From NCBI GenBank assembly GCA_050273025.1, contig CP158635.1, forward strand, positions 18,166,001 to 18,230,000: 64,000 bases of DNA, written 5' to 3'. Source of the stretch: Cenococcum geophilum. Lineage: Eukaryota. The notes beneath the pieces are model-generated. The model had not been told where the DNA came from. It did not search any database and saw nothing but the letters and a program-made list of their open reading frames with translations. Below are positions 13,288 to 25,298 of this stretch, piece after piece. Made by a program: the position numbers and the translations under genes. Numbering within the stretch: position 1 is the stretch's first letter; each line of letters opens with the position of its first letter.

Positions 13288-15461
13288 ATGTCTGAAGAAA
13301 AGAGCAGGGGAATTTCTCTCCGCAAGAAGCGCACCGTACGCCCCAAAATCAGCGCTCCGAAGCAGATCAGTGCACCTATGCCAGCCGGCCTAGCTGCGGG
13401 CACGCTTTCATCGGGTCAAGGAGTAGGACTTACAAAACCTGGCGATTCTGATGGACCCAGAAGGCTTGATGCATCGCGGGAGCGCCCACAGCAGAGCGGC
13501 AAGACGTCAGATTTGGTCAAAAGGAGATACTCAACGCGGTATACGCAACTGCCTACGGATTTCGGATCTGGAGCTCCCCCGGTGCCTTCTATGCCGGGTA
13601 TGCCGGGCCAGTTTGCGCAGCCGCCCTCGAGGGATGGGAGACCGCCTGGAAGCTCAGATGGGCAGAGGATTAAGGTCGATACCAAGGCGTTGAGGGACCC
13701 GAATCTACGGCCTGAGCAATGTGGGTGGAGCTACATTGACTTTTTGAATATGCGAAACTGATTTAACATAGATGTTGCGACAATGTTGGCAGATGCCTCT
13801 GAACAAGATATTCGTGACTACCAAAACGAGCTGCGTAAAGTTAAGAACCGTACCTCCACAGACCTCCAACACAACGTGTATCAGAACCGAACCCAATTTA
13901 TCAAGATCAGTAAGGAGGCTGAGAAGCTCAAAGGGGAGATGCGGACACTACGGACGTTGATGTCTGAGCTGACGCAAACTTTGGGACAGACGACGTCGGC
14001 CGCTGGATTGGCTGGGGATACTAAAACAACCCGGAAGCAGGCCAACAGAAGCTCAGTTGCTAACCTTGAGGCCCTATGGAACACGCATCTACAAACACTA
14101 TGGAAGCGTGTTGAGGGATCGCAGAAGTTCCTGCCCGCCATACCCGGACGACATATTGTATACGAGTCTGCGCGATGGGTAGAGCTCAATGCTGCCACGT
14201 GGAAAGTGAGGCGGCGGGTACATATGATTCTCCTAAACGACCACCTGCTAGTAGCATCTGAGAAGAAGCGAACGGATATGGCAGCGCAGAATGCACGGGA
14301 TGCAAAGCAAAAGAACCAAGCTCCGATGCAGTTGGTTGCTCAGCGGTGTTGGGCACTTCAAGATGTGCAAATGGCAGACCTAACATCTCGCTCCGCTCCA
14401 GGAAGCCGAGATCGCGAGGGGTCTTCGAATGCTATCAACGTCCGCGTCGCCACCGAATCTTATACATTTGCCACCGCGGGAGGCGATGGTAGCGAGAAAA
14501 GCACGCTGCTTTCCGCTTTCCGTAAGACTGTGGAAGACCTGCGTAGGACTTTAGGTCCCGAGACTGAGGAAAGAGGCAAGGCTCAAGACTCGGTCAACTA
14601 CTTTGCTACGAGGGATCTGAGTATTCTTAAAAAGACTGATCTATTGGACAGCTTATCGGACAATTCTGTAAACAACAGGGCGAGTATGCTCGTGGATGTC
14701 GATGGTAAACAGCAGAATATTCGATGGGTGGAGAGCCAGCTAGACGACTTAGATATCGACATTGCGCTTCGGCGTTTTGAAGAGGCAGTGAAACGAGTAG
14801 AGAGGTTGAAGAATCTAGCTAAGAACATTAGAGGCAATCTTGTAGCTCAAGAGATTGTCACGCTCAAAGTCAATGAGCGAGCTGCAAAGCTTGCATCCGT
14901 CTTGATACGGCAACTAGTCGAGAGCCACTCTTGGATGAACTCAACAAAGACATATGCCGATTGGATTATTAGGCTTGGATTTGAGGACCAAGCTAGGGAG
15001 GCGTATCTTGACACACGAAGCGAAGTGATTAAAAAAAGGGCTAGGTACGCTTCAAGATTTGAAATGATTGATTGACAGTGTTGACCTTGTCCAGACAATG
15101 TATCTTCGAAGGCAATCTCCCGGATTACATTTATCAAATCTCCTTCATTTACTTCACTGTCATCAAAAACACAGTCCATATCTACCAGAACTGCTTCCCG
15201 CAAGCCATGATGTCAGCTTGTGTCAAATGGGCAAAAGAGCATGTCGACAACTTCAACGTGATTCTTGCAAGGCAGTTAAGCAGCGAAGATCGGGAAAGCG
15301 ACCTTTGGGAAAAGTGCATGGAGCAAGCACACGCGCATGCCTCGATGCTCTCAGAGGTGGGAGTTGACTTTAGGGATCTCATTGGAAAGGGCGCGGAGGA
15401 TGGGAATGGAGGGAATGGCACAGAAGGTATAAGTCCAGTTGGATTGGGAGTGAGCTCATGA
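13288..15461 (+). CDS. EXO84: Exocyst complex component Exo84
   Basis: GISLRKKR..RPKISAPKQIS, TSDLVKRRYSTR, DLQHNVYQNRTQFIKISKEAEKLK, PH-like region (RWVELNAATWK...LLNDHLLVA), AREAYL and FEGNLPDYI; two introns (near 13721-13771 and 15045-15094). Confidence 0.94.
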
Positions 15462-15857
15462 CGCGCTTGGGTTTGGTTACTGCATATTAATATTTCGACT
15501 ACGAGCAGCGAAGATACCCATATTGAGACTTTCTTCTGGTCAGTATCTCGATTTTGTGAGTGAATGTTTGCTTCGGCGTGGTTTCTCTGAGCTGAGCATT
15601 TCGGATTCGGGGTGAGCTGTCATGAAGTATTCAACGTAAAGATTCTATGGTCCTCCTTACCAAAAATATCACGCAACCAAGTTACATTCACTCCACTACA
15701 TGACTTATGAAAGAGTCACGCGTCCACTAAAGTCACTTTTACATTCTTGTTTACCTTCTTTTGTCTCTCAACATCTCCACCACAAACATATTCGTCTATC
15801 ACCCCAGCACACAAGACGTCTACAACAAGCATCAGACGGCAGACAATATCAGCAATC

Positions 15858-17059
15858 ATGCCTACCGACGAAGAGAACGTGAAGTTCTTGTGGATGGTGC
15901 TTACAGCCGGCGGCATGCCCTCGGTGAGTTTACTCTCACGGTTCCCTTCTACATCTTCTTAAAGCCACTGTACCTAATTAAAACATGCTGCTGACATGCC
16001 TTATGCAGATTGACTTTGATGCCATGAGTGCCGAATTGAACCTCAAGAAGGGAGCTACTTCTATGCGTTGGACTCGGCTCAAGAAAGCTATCGAGAAGGG
16101 CAAACCTCCAGGTCCTGCTGCTCACCAATTCCTTTGGCTTGCCGTTAAGAACAGCACCCGTGTCAAGGTATGTCTATTCTTGGTGATTAGCAAATTAGGC
16201 TCAATCCCGATAAATCTCAATCGTTTTCATTGCAACTCAAAATCTCGCTATGAACCCTAGTGGTGCATTCACACTGCTCGGAGAGCTTTATGGCTCCTAT
16301 CCCAAAACAGCAAACCGTATAGCTGACCTCATGTCCAGTCTCCTGACTGGAAAGTCATCGCTGATGCTTGCAATATCAAACCTGGTGCCGCGTCCATGCG
16401 CTTCACTCGCTTGAAGAAGGCCATGGAAACTGGAGCTGCTGCGCCAGGCGCTGGCACTGGTGCTGGCGAATCTGGCGAAGCAACTACGTCGAAGCGCAAG
16501 AGAGTGACTGATAACGCCGAGGGGGATGCGCCTCAGTCCATCGAACCAGACAGTCTCAGTGAGGACAAAAGTGTTCATGATGCAGTCTTGGATGAACCCG
16601 TCCCGACTCCCAAACGCAGGAAGGCGGCCGCAAAGCCAAAGGCTACTTTGAAGACAAAGGTTCCCCCACCGCCGAAGGCTCCAAAAGCTACAAAGGCCTC
16701 GAAGACTTCTCAGGTTAAGGAGGAAGTGTCTGATCACGCTAATTTGGGCCAAGATGTGGAGGGACATGAATTCGGCATCGAGCAAGAGTACTCTTATACG
16801 GGCACCTCGTTTGAAAATGATACACGTGAGTCTGACCAACCTAATATATGCACACCTTACGAGAAAAGCCTTACAAGGAAAGCTACTGATATGATCAAGG
16901 AGGTTAGTGGCTGGCTCGAAGGTATATAATGACCGTGGTTGGGACACAGCTCCTGAAGTGGAAGATTACGATGTCTTTGCAGGCTATGATGGCTATAGCG
17001 GGTTTCGTCATAGTTCTGCGAACACTGGTGAGCAGCAAGTTGATGACGAGGTCGCCTGA
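15858..17059 (+). CDS. Uncharacterised protein with two tandem short Myb-like/HTH repeats and a basic then acidic disordered tail
   Basis: Spliced repeats ENVKFLWMVL..|IDFDAMSAELNLKKGATSMRWTRLKKAIE and HQFLWLAVKNS..|PDWKVIADACNIKPGAASMRFTRLKKAME. A third intron (GTGAGT near 16826 to TTAG near 16908) extends the frame to TGA at 17059; unspliced, it stops at 16929. Confidence 0.75.
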
Positions 17060-17356
17060 ATAATTTGATTCGACTCTAACTATTCACGTTCGGCGTATCG
17101 TTGAATAGATGTCGCAGGCAGGTTGAGCAACACATTTAGTACTGTTGAAACAATTGTTTTGAGAGCTGCACGCAATATATTTTAGGAGATAAGCGTGTGA
17201 ACGCATCCCAGTAGTCAATAAAACATTAGATGCTTACGAGCATCTGGATTTGCCATACCGGTAATTTTTGGAGCTTTACCAATCCCGCCAGTCCAAAACG
17301 CCAACGCTATGCTATAATCAATAATCCAAGAGCGTTAGTAGCATCTCGACACTAAT

Positions 17357-18448
17357 TCATCCTACCATTTCCACATCCCTCGAGACGGCTAAGCTCTTCA
17401 TGTCTTCTTTTGCTCCACCAGCTGAACCCCGGAACTTCAGCTCCGCAGCTTCTTTAACCGCTTCCCTCAACACAGTCGCCGTAGCGATTGAAGCGTGCAC
17501 AGCTTTATCCACCAATTGCTCTGCAAACTCTCCAGCCCCGCCTTTCATCCAGAGCTCTGTGATCTCATCCCGTCCTACCAGATACCCAACTACACACGCT
17601 GCAACAATCTCCTGATGCTCCGCCGGACACGGATCTAGCACTGCATAAGGCCCTTCCGCTTTCGTCTCTATCTCTCCATCACTTCTCCCTTTCCCCTTCA
17701 CATCCGGATTCCTTACAATCGCTGCCACACCCCCCGAAACCAAATCTACACAGTCAATCCCAGCATCTGCAATCGCCGCACTAGCAACAGTAATGCAGCC
17801 TGCCAACACGCTTATAAGCCCCCATCCTCCTGTCTTCCCAAGCCCCGCTGTAAACTCATCCCCCCACCACGCATCCTCCTCGCCCTCCAAAACCGTTACA
17901 ATAACCTCAACCCCACTCTTCGGCCAGCGCTCGCCAATAACTACGCCGCGCAGTGCAGTCTCCAAATGCACACCTAAGTCTCTCTCAGAGGTATCGCGGA
18001 TGTAGCCCCGGCGCGCCCGTGTAGCGAACGGCGCGAACTTCACGGTGGTGGTGAGGATTAGGTGCGGCGAAAATGGCGCGGAGCGCGGGAGCGGCTTGGG
18101 GCCATGAACAGCGCAGGTAAGCTTTAGGGAGCTGCGGGGCGGGATGATGGAGGAATGGGAGGGAGGGGTGGTGGGGTTCGAAGGGGGGATTTCGAGGTAG
18201 GCGGAGCCGCTGGCCGAGGGTGTGAGGCCGGTTTTTAGGACTGCATACTCCTGTTAGAGTATTCTAAGAGGTAACTAGGAGCTAAAAAGGGGTGTAGGCG
18301 GGGATTTACAGATCTTGCGCAGCTCATCCGGCTGCCTGGTGCGGGTTGGACGAAACGTATGCAGGGAATCGGGGTCTTTAACGGTGCGGGCGAATACAGG
18401 AGCGCTGGTGCCGCCGCTGGGGGCATTTATTCTTCTGCGGTCTGTCAT
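17357..18448 (-). CDS. MTR3: Exosome complex RNase PH-like subunit Mtr3
   Basis: MTDRRRINAPSGGT...RTRQPDELRKI|FLKTGLTPSASGSAYLE, LTCAVHGPKPLPRSAPFSP, VKFAPFATRARRGYIRD, RWPKSGVEVIVTVLEGEED, DAGIDCVDLVSGG; one intron. Confidence 0.93.
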
Positions 18449-20829
18449 GATTGAGGTGTGCGTGGTGGCATTGGGAGCTGGAGATACTCGCGGTGGGTTT
18501 TCTTGAAGTCAGTATCCCTGCGCTTTGCGGGCATGGCGCCAAGATTCTAGGCGAGAAGATTCGTGCCGCACTTTTCTTCGAGCGAGCGAGTTCTTTGCTG
18601 CTTCATTCCCTCACCACGAAAAGCTCAGAACAGATTATGCATCCCACGCTGATGTATTTAGGGATAGGAAAGATGTTTGAGATATGGCCATTCATCTGTA
18701 CGTATGCCTGAAAGCTTTCCTTGTCCCTCCCACTGCGAGCAATATGAGGAAATCTAAACCAATTTCGTTCTGGCGATTCTTCCATGAGCCATTGAACAAC
18801 ATGCACTACCATCTGATTCATTCATCTGATATCTAAGAATTCTCAAGTTTGTTGAGGAGCTTGTCAGCTAATCTCTTCACTGCGTTACAGATACCGAACA
18901 TTCGTCCGCTAGTATGAAATGTGAATCGGAAGGGTGAAATGAAGCGGGATAATAACCCCTTTGCACATTCACCTTATCCTCACTTCAATGGCGGCCCTAG
19001 GATAATCCTTCATGTCTTTGGTGATCGCTCCAACTTTCAATTCAACAATCGCATCCAACAGCTAGCTGCAATCAGAGCTCCTTGTGCAGTGTGGCTATGA
19101 CCCCTTTAGGACGTGTATTCGTCCTATCGGACTGGAATCACACTTGTTCCGGAAGAGGCGCGAATGGATATGCTTGCTGGGCACAATGTGCAGAGACTAT
19201 CACGTTGAATGCCGTGTTTACGCGCCCAACTCGGAGTTCAAGTCGACTCGCCATGTTTTCAATTTTCTCCACTATACGTTCTAACAATATCAGAACGAAG
19301 AGGAACCCGTTGATCCCTCCCCGTCTCCAAACCATGTCTCTTTGAAGCGTATGAGAGCCTTGAATTCATTGCCAACATTTTCATTATATGTTCCTTCAAT
19401 CTTCGAGCATACTCGCGAAGAAGGTGCTTTATTGGCTGGCCGAACAAACATTGGCCGCCCTTCCACTTCGACTGAGCGTCATAAGAAACATGCTGGAGGA
19501 AAATCTACATTCAACAATAGTGCTGCTATTAGACAGTTCCCTCCAGAGCCTTATGCAGCCGCGTTTGCGAAAGTCAACCCCCCAAGAATGCTGGACCGGT
19601 CCACGAAACTTTCTTATTGCAAGATTGTGTCGCCAAATTACTGGGAGCACAGCAGTGTATTATTCGGGCTGCGGATAAGGTCAAGAAGCGCGAAATTGAT
19701 TTTGATATACTTGAACAATACCTGAGAGCGCAGTGGGTGGAGATAGCAAATATTACTGGAGTAATTATTGTGGAAACCGCAAAATGAAACTTCTTTTGGG
19801 TAAGTCAACCCAGCCTTTCATATATGCACCGAATCTCTTTATGATGAATGTATCTTTTTCAGTTCTGCTACTGAATCACTTTGAGGAAAATATATACCAA
19901 CTTACCAAATTGTCTGAACTTGGAGATCTTATTGTCATGTTTCATCTCTTCTGGTACTTGGTTGTTGCTGATAACTAAAATAAATAGATGTTAAGTCGGC
20001 ATGAAGCAGAAGCTAAACAATGCTTTGGCAAGATAATGTAGCTCAATGTGCTGCATGTTGCAAGTATTAGTTGGTAAGCTTATGCTATTTTGTACTGTAT
20101 GATATTCGCGCCAAGATGACAGAAGTCTATCCATTCAACGACGCCCTTTCTGACGGGTCACCCTCCCGCACCTTACCAGTCTCGGCTGGGATGATGGGTT
20201 GTGGAGTTTTGTGGAAAACATCTATCTTCTTGATTAATGTTCAACTGCGTATAATTGTGGTCTTCGAGTTATAGGCCATGCAGTCCGTGTTGGATCTGTG
20301 CGGACCTATAGCCGGCAGTGGGGCATGAGCAAACCGGCTTTTCTGAGCGCTTTTGTTGATCGCTTTCATTATTGTGATTGTTTATGCTTAAATAGGCACT
20401 AACTGTCTCTTTTTAGTTTCGCCTCAAACCCTGGCTTTAGCGAGATTTTCGAGATATGGGTGCTAATTAGAAAGGACGAAGGGATATTGTCTCGGCTTCA
20501 GAAGTTGATAGTGGACCTTAGAACCAATCATAACATTCACATGTCTTACACCACCCTGGCGCATCTGGTTGAAAGTGCCTTTTTGGTGCTGCCGATCGTT
20601 CGGAGAACGCTGCTTGTTTAACTAATTAAAATGGGGTTAATCTCCGACAGATCAGTGTGTTTTAAAATACGCCTATATTAAAGGGCACTCTTTATCACAC
20701 CCTCTAATTACTGCACATACACTCCCTAATTACTACGCGTATATCCTACCCAAACAAGCTTAGATCCTTCCACCTCAAGTTAGAATATCACGTGTGTTTC
20801 ACTTGTTTACACCAAATCGCAAGAATAAC

Positions 20830-21524
20830 TTATCTCAGGTGCCTCAGCCGCTTCGTAGATGATTGGCAGGCCCGCCCCTTTGCATAACTTCTTACTAACC
20901 CTCAACTCCACGTGACCCAGCAATCCTCTGCGAAGCGTCTGAGAGCTTATGGGCGCGTGTTTGGTGCAACTCGTATACCATTTCCAACATATGTCAAATT
21001 CAAATAGCTATATTAGGGTTAATTTAGCAGCTATTGCTACAGTTCGCGATGCATTTGCATTATAATCTCTCCTACTAATATATTCTAATTAATTAAACTA
21101 GCTAACTAACGTATTAGGGGGCGAAGTACAGCCTTAAAGTTTAAAAACGTGTTTTTGAACCCGTATCCACCCAACCAGCTATATTGGAACCTTGATCGCA
21201 TTTTACCACCACAACTTATTTTTCCCTAAGATTAGGTAAGCTACTTCTTATTATAGCTAAAAAGTAGCTCACCCAATCTTAGGGAAAAATAAGTTATAGT
21301 GGGAAAGTTCTATCTCAAAAGCATAAGAAAACTATAAGGTGTAAGAGTATAAAACGTAACCATTTTCCCTCAGACCCTCGGAGAGGAATTGCCTCACACG
21401 TGCCCTAATTGGCTAGATCGCTTGCGCACGGTACCTTCCTTAGCAGAATTTTATGACAGAATTGTATAATATTCATAAAGTGAGAGGCGAATTCCTCAAC
21501 GAGGGTCTGGGGCACCTGAGATAA
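20830..21524. mobile_element. 695-bp MITE with 14-bp TIRs and an 8-bp TSD (hAT/P/Merlin-like TSD length)
   Basis: TIRs TTATCTCAGGTGCC ... GGCACCTGAGATAA. Direct repeat AGAATAAC at 20822-29 and 21525-32. Removing the element restores the host TIR. Confidence 0.85.
21202..21306. repeat. Hairpin / inverted repeat (34-45 bp arms, ~15 nt loop)
   Basis: AACTTATTTTTCCCTAAGATTAGGTAAGCTACTT pairs with AAGTAGCTCACCCAATCTTAGGGAAAAATAAGTT (2 transition mismatches). Confidence 0.9.
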
Positions 21525-23530
21525 AGAATAACACCACGCGCCCATACCTAATGACCGATAGGACTACGGAGTGCTCTACAAGGCGCTGCAAGAACTAGAT
21601 TAGGTGCTGCTGCTTCTATTTTAACGTCTGTAGATTGCCTCTACGGGCACGCCCGCGCCCGCAACTGCGGGTAGTATAGCTTGCTGAGTACAGTTATTAA
21701 TGCGATTCGTAGAGCCAGCTGTATCCCTTCGCACGTTGGTTTGCGTCCTACGGTATCGATAAGGGCCTGGCCAATAAGAGGCGCGCATTGGGCGCCCGTG
21801 TGTACAGCTGAGCACGATGTTCCTAGGCTTGGCGCCAAGTGTAGGACTCCAAAGGGATAGCCAGCCGGGCGACCGTAACGACGCTCTATAACTGCAGGCT
21901 CTTGGATAAGAAGGTAAGGCAAACGCGTGGTATTGTTTTCGCGATTTAGGTGTCAACAAGTCAAACACACGCGATATTCTAATTTGAAGTAGAAGGATCG
22001 AACCTTTTTAGGTAAGGGGTACTGTACGTGCAGTAATTAGAGAGTATGCGATTAGGAGTGCCCATTTAAAATTAAATAAAGCTTTTTAAATCAAACGATT
22101 ATAAGTAATTGCCTATATACTAATTTCTATAAAGAAGCAATCAAGCGATTGTTAAATTGCCAAACGAGTGTCCAATTCCTTCCTTCAAGCTCTCACCTAA
22201 ATCTACCACTCAGCTATGCCCCCTTTAGCTGCAACTACGTCGTATAGATCTTCTTATATAATCTTGTCCCACTCCTCCCGAATTACCTGTTACATCTGCT
22301 CCTTTATACGAGGCTTGTTGCGACGCTAGGTAATTCGCTCCTTCATCATCTTCTAAAGAGCCTAAAAGAGGCGTATGGGAACGCGTTAGGTGTCGTAAAT
22401 ATTGCTCAGTAATACGAAACTAAGAATAGCCGCATTACAACCTAATGCGATCGCGACACCTTTGACCTCGTTTTTTTCAGCTCTACAATCACGAGTTGAG
22501 GTTGTTCGGATATTTCCATTTGATATCGGCGATCGATCTGGATATGGCTATTAGAAGGCTTGATCGACACGCTTTCAACCAGATGTGCCAGGGTGGTGTA
22601 CATTCTATTGTGATGATTACTGTGAATACGACAGGAACTCATCGTTAAGCATGCATACGGGTGACGATTATCCCGGCATGTGACGTCAGAACTCTATATG
22701 TACAACAAAAAGGGACAAGGTGCTGCTAGATCCTCGTATAGGTTTCATACATAATTTTTGTCTGCGTGTTGAGTCCCCACCAGCCGGCTTACGAAGAGCG
22801 CCATTGACCGTTTCCGGTAGTGTACTTGGGATAGGTGTCCCTTATCTTCGGCATGGTTGCACTGGAATCGAGCAAGGTATAACCAGCATAAACCAAAATA
22901 GTTTGTATATTGGAGTAAAGGCAAAAGGATCATGGTGGCTGATACACGGCTGTGGTAGATCTTTGAAGTTCCTTGCTTGCTTGGTGATGCTTGGTGGTGC
23001 AGCTGAACGAGGCAAATCTAATTTTGGGCTCAGCTCTCCCATCAAAAAGCTTAGAGTTGACCCTCGACCAGGGACATCTTCACCTTTCTGAAAAGAAACT
23101 CAAGCGACACTTGGGAAGAATCGCGCTCACCGTTCATTGTACTCTTTCTCCTATCGGAAGCAGCTTGAATACCAATTAACCCCTTAAAATTCTCAGCCTC
23201 AGCGCTTTAACGCCGCGTGGCTATCGCGCGCCTCCCATCATTCAACAGTGCCCACTAGCGAAATCACGGGCCAGTTTTGCACCTTGACCTGGGAAAACCC
23301 CCCAGACCCAAGCGACTTGGACCGAAAGCACACCCATCCAACTTGGCTCACCTAGGCCATCAATTCAACTTCCCCGGCCATCCCTTGGAGTTCTCTGGAA
23401 GCGCTCTCGTCGCCGGTTGCACATATCGAATTTGGCGGGTTGAAGGGTGACGGGGGGTCTTGGGACATCTCAGGAGCGCTGCGTACCTTGCTGGATGCTA
23501 CCATTACATGCATCATCGCCCAGAGGAAAG

Positions 23531-25298
23531 ATGCACCGACATGCCTATTTGAACGGGCATGCAGCATATCCTTTGGGTGGTAGTGGAACCTTTTCCATTC
23601 AACCTCACAAGTACGCATTGCCCTCCCCTTGCACCCGGGGGACCAGGGTAGCAGACTAGCATTCATGCTAACTTATATCTTGACAGCAGATTTCAACCTC
23701 GATCGCAACCTGCACTAAGAAGGCGCCGGCAGCTTATCCTACGGTTAGGACTAGTCACTGCGATTTTCATCATCATTCTATTATTTGTCTTCCCTACTCT
23801 ACGAACCGGCTTAATACCCGCCCTGTCTTTGGGCCTTTTCTCAGCCTCCGAAAATTTCCTGCTTGAAACAGTCCGCTATTATGATTTGAACAATGTTCAA
23901 GGGACAGCTAGAGGATGGGAGAGAGAGGAGAGGATACTTCTTTGCGCCCCATTGAGAGACGCGGCGCCACATCTACCCATGTTTTTCGGACACCTTCGAA
24001 ATCTCACTTATCCGCACAATCTCATCGATCTGGCTTTTCTGGTTGGTGATTCTAAGGATAACACCTTGACCCTCCTCTCCGATCTGTTGACCGATCTGCA
24101 AGCACATGAGGATCCGAAGCAACAATTTGGAGAAATTTCTATTATGCAGAAGGATTTCGGCCAGAAGGTTAACCAGGACGTTGAGAGTCGACACGGTTTT
24201 GCAGCACAAGCAGGGCGGAGGAAGTCAATGGCCCAGGCTCGGAATTGGCTCCTAAGTGCAGCTCTTCGTCCAACACATAGCTGGGTATATTGGCGAGATG
24301 TCGATGTGGAGACGGCTCCTTTCACAATATTGGAGGATTTGATGCGCCACAACAAGGACGTTATTGTTCCTAGTAAGTTTCCAGGTGACCTTTTGGGTGC
24401 AGCTCGGGCTAATCGCACAATTAGATGTATGGCGACCCTTACCTGACTGGCTCGGAGGAGAGCAGCCGTATGACTTGAATTCATGGCAAGAGTCTGAAAC
24501 AGCACTCGCCCTAGCGGAGACGCTTGATGAGGATGCCGTCATTGTGGAGGGATATGCAGAATACGCTACATGGCGTCCACACCTTGCTTATCTACGGGAT
24601 CCATACGGCGATCCAGATATGGAGATGGAGATTGACGGTGTTGGCGGTGTTAGTATTCTGGCAAAAGCCAAGGTCTTCCGTTCTGGAGTCCACTTCCCAG
24701 CATTTAGCTTTGAGAAGCATGCAGAGACTGAGGGCTTCGGCAAGGTACAGCATATAACTATGACTATCCGACAGATCTTATTACTGACATTGTCTTCAGA
24801 TGGCGAAGCGAATGAAGTTTTCAGTTGTTGGTCTTCCCCACTACACAATTTGGCATCTCTACGAGCCTAGCGTGGATGATATACGCCATATGGAGGAGAT
24901 GGAGCGGGAGCGAAAAGTCAAAGAGGCCGAAGAGAAGGCCAGGAAAGAGCGTCTTGACAAAATTCACGAGCAATTCGATAATCCTTCTAGTCAATGGGAC
25001 CAGGATAAGTCTGATATCCGTGACATGGCAAAGAAAGAATATGTTGAAACAGAAAGGATTAAGCAAGCCACTGGCGAGGACGCTGACGTTAACGGGGAGA
25101 AGAAACCGCCAACCGAGCTGTAAGTGCAACGGATTTTACTTTGACGCCTGACAGGCAATTGCTACCTTGGTTCTACACAATGGAGCTAATGCATGAAACC
25201 ACAGGAAGGTTGAAAAGGCCCATAATGGCAAAGTGAAGATCATCGATCCTCTAGATGAAATCAAAGTAATAGGCAAGAAGCCCGCACCTCAATTTTGA
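23531..25298 (+). CDS. ANP1: Mannan polymerase complex subunit Anp1 (Anp1/Van1/Mnn9, GT62)
   Basis: Spliced N-terminus with a type II TM segment (LGLVTAIFIIILLFVF), ETVRYYDL, LTYPHNLIDLAFLVGDS, ARNWLLSAALRPTHSWVYWRDVDVET, YDLNSWQES, HAETEGFGK|MAK. The end is either TAA at 25123 or, after intron 25120-25204, TGA at 25298. Confidence 0.92.

Larger units (their letters stand above)
20682..22065. mobile_element. Non-autonomous DNA transposon with long (~150 bp) imperfect TIRs and TTAA at both flanks
   Basis: 20682-20829 plus 21533-21540 is an imperfect inverted copy of ~21924-22065 (GGGCACTC...TAATTACTGCAC...TTAGAATATCRCGTGTGTTT...ACCACGCG). TTAA occurs at 20678-81 and 22066-69, with a one-base indel between the termini. 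Confidence 0.75.
20549..22598 (-). mobile_element. Internally deleted Tc1/mariner DNA transposon (outer element of a nested stack)
   Basis: 29-bp TIRs CACCACCCTGGCRCATCTGGTTGAAAGYG at 20549-20577 and 22570-22598, each flanked by TA. The minus strand near 22200-22350 reads MMKERIT*RRNKPRIKEQM*QVIREEWDKI...VVAAKGG..W*, the C-terminus of a Tc1 transposase. Confidence 0.85.

Noticed and set aside
22620..23200. ORFs of 60-120 aa upstream of ANP1
   Set aside because: Overlapping frames on both strands with no recognisable protein features; treated as intergenic.
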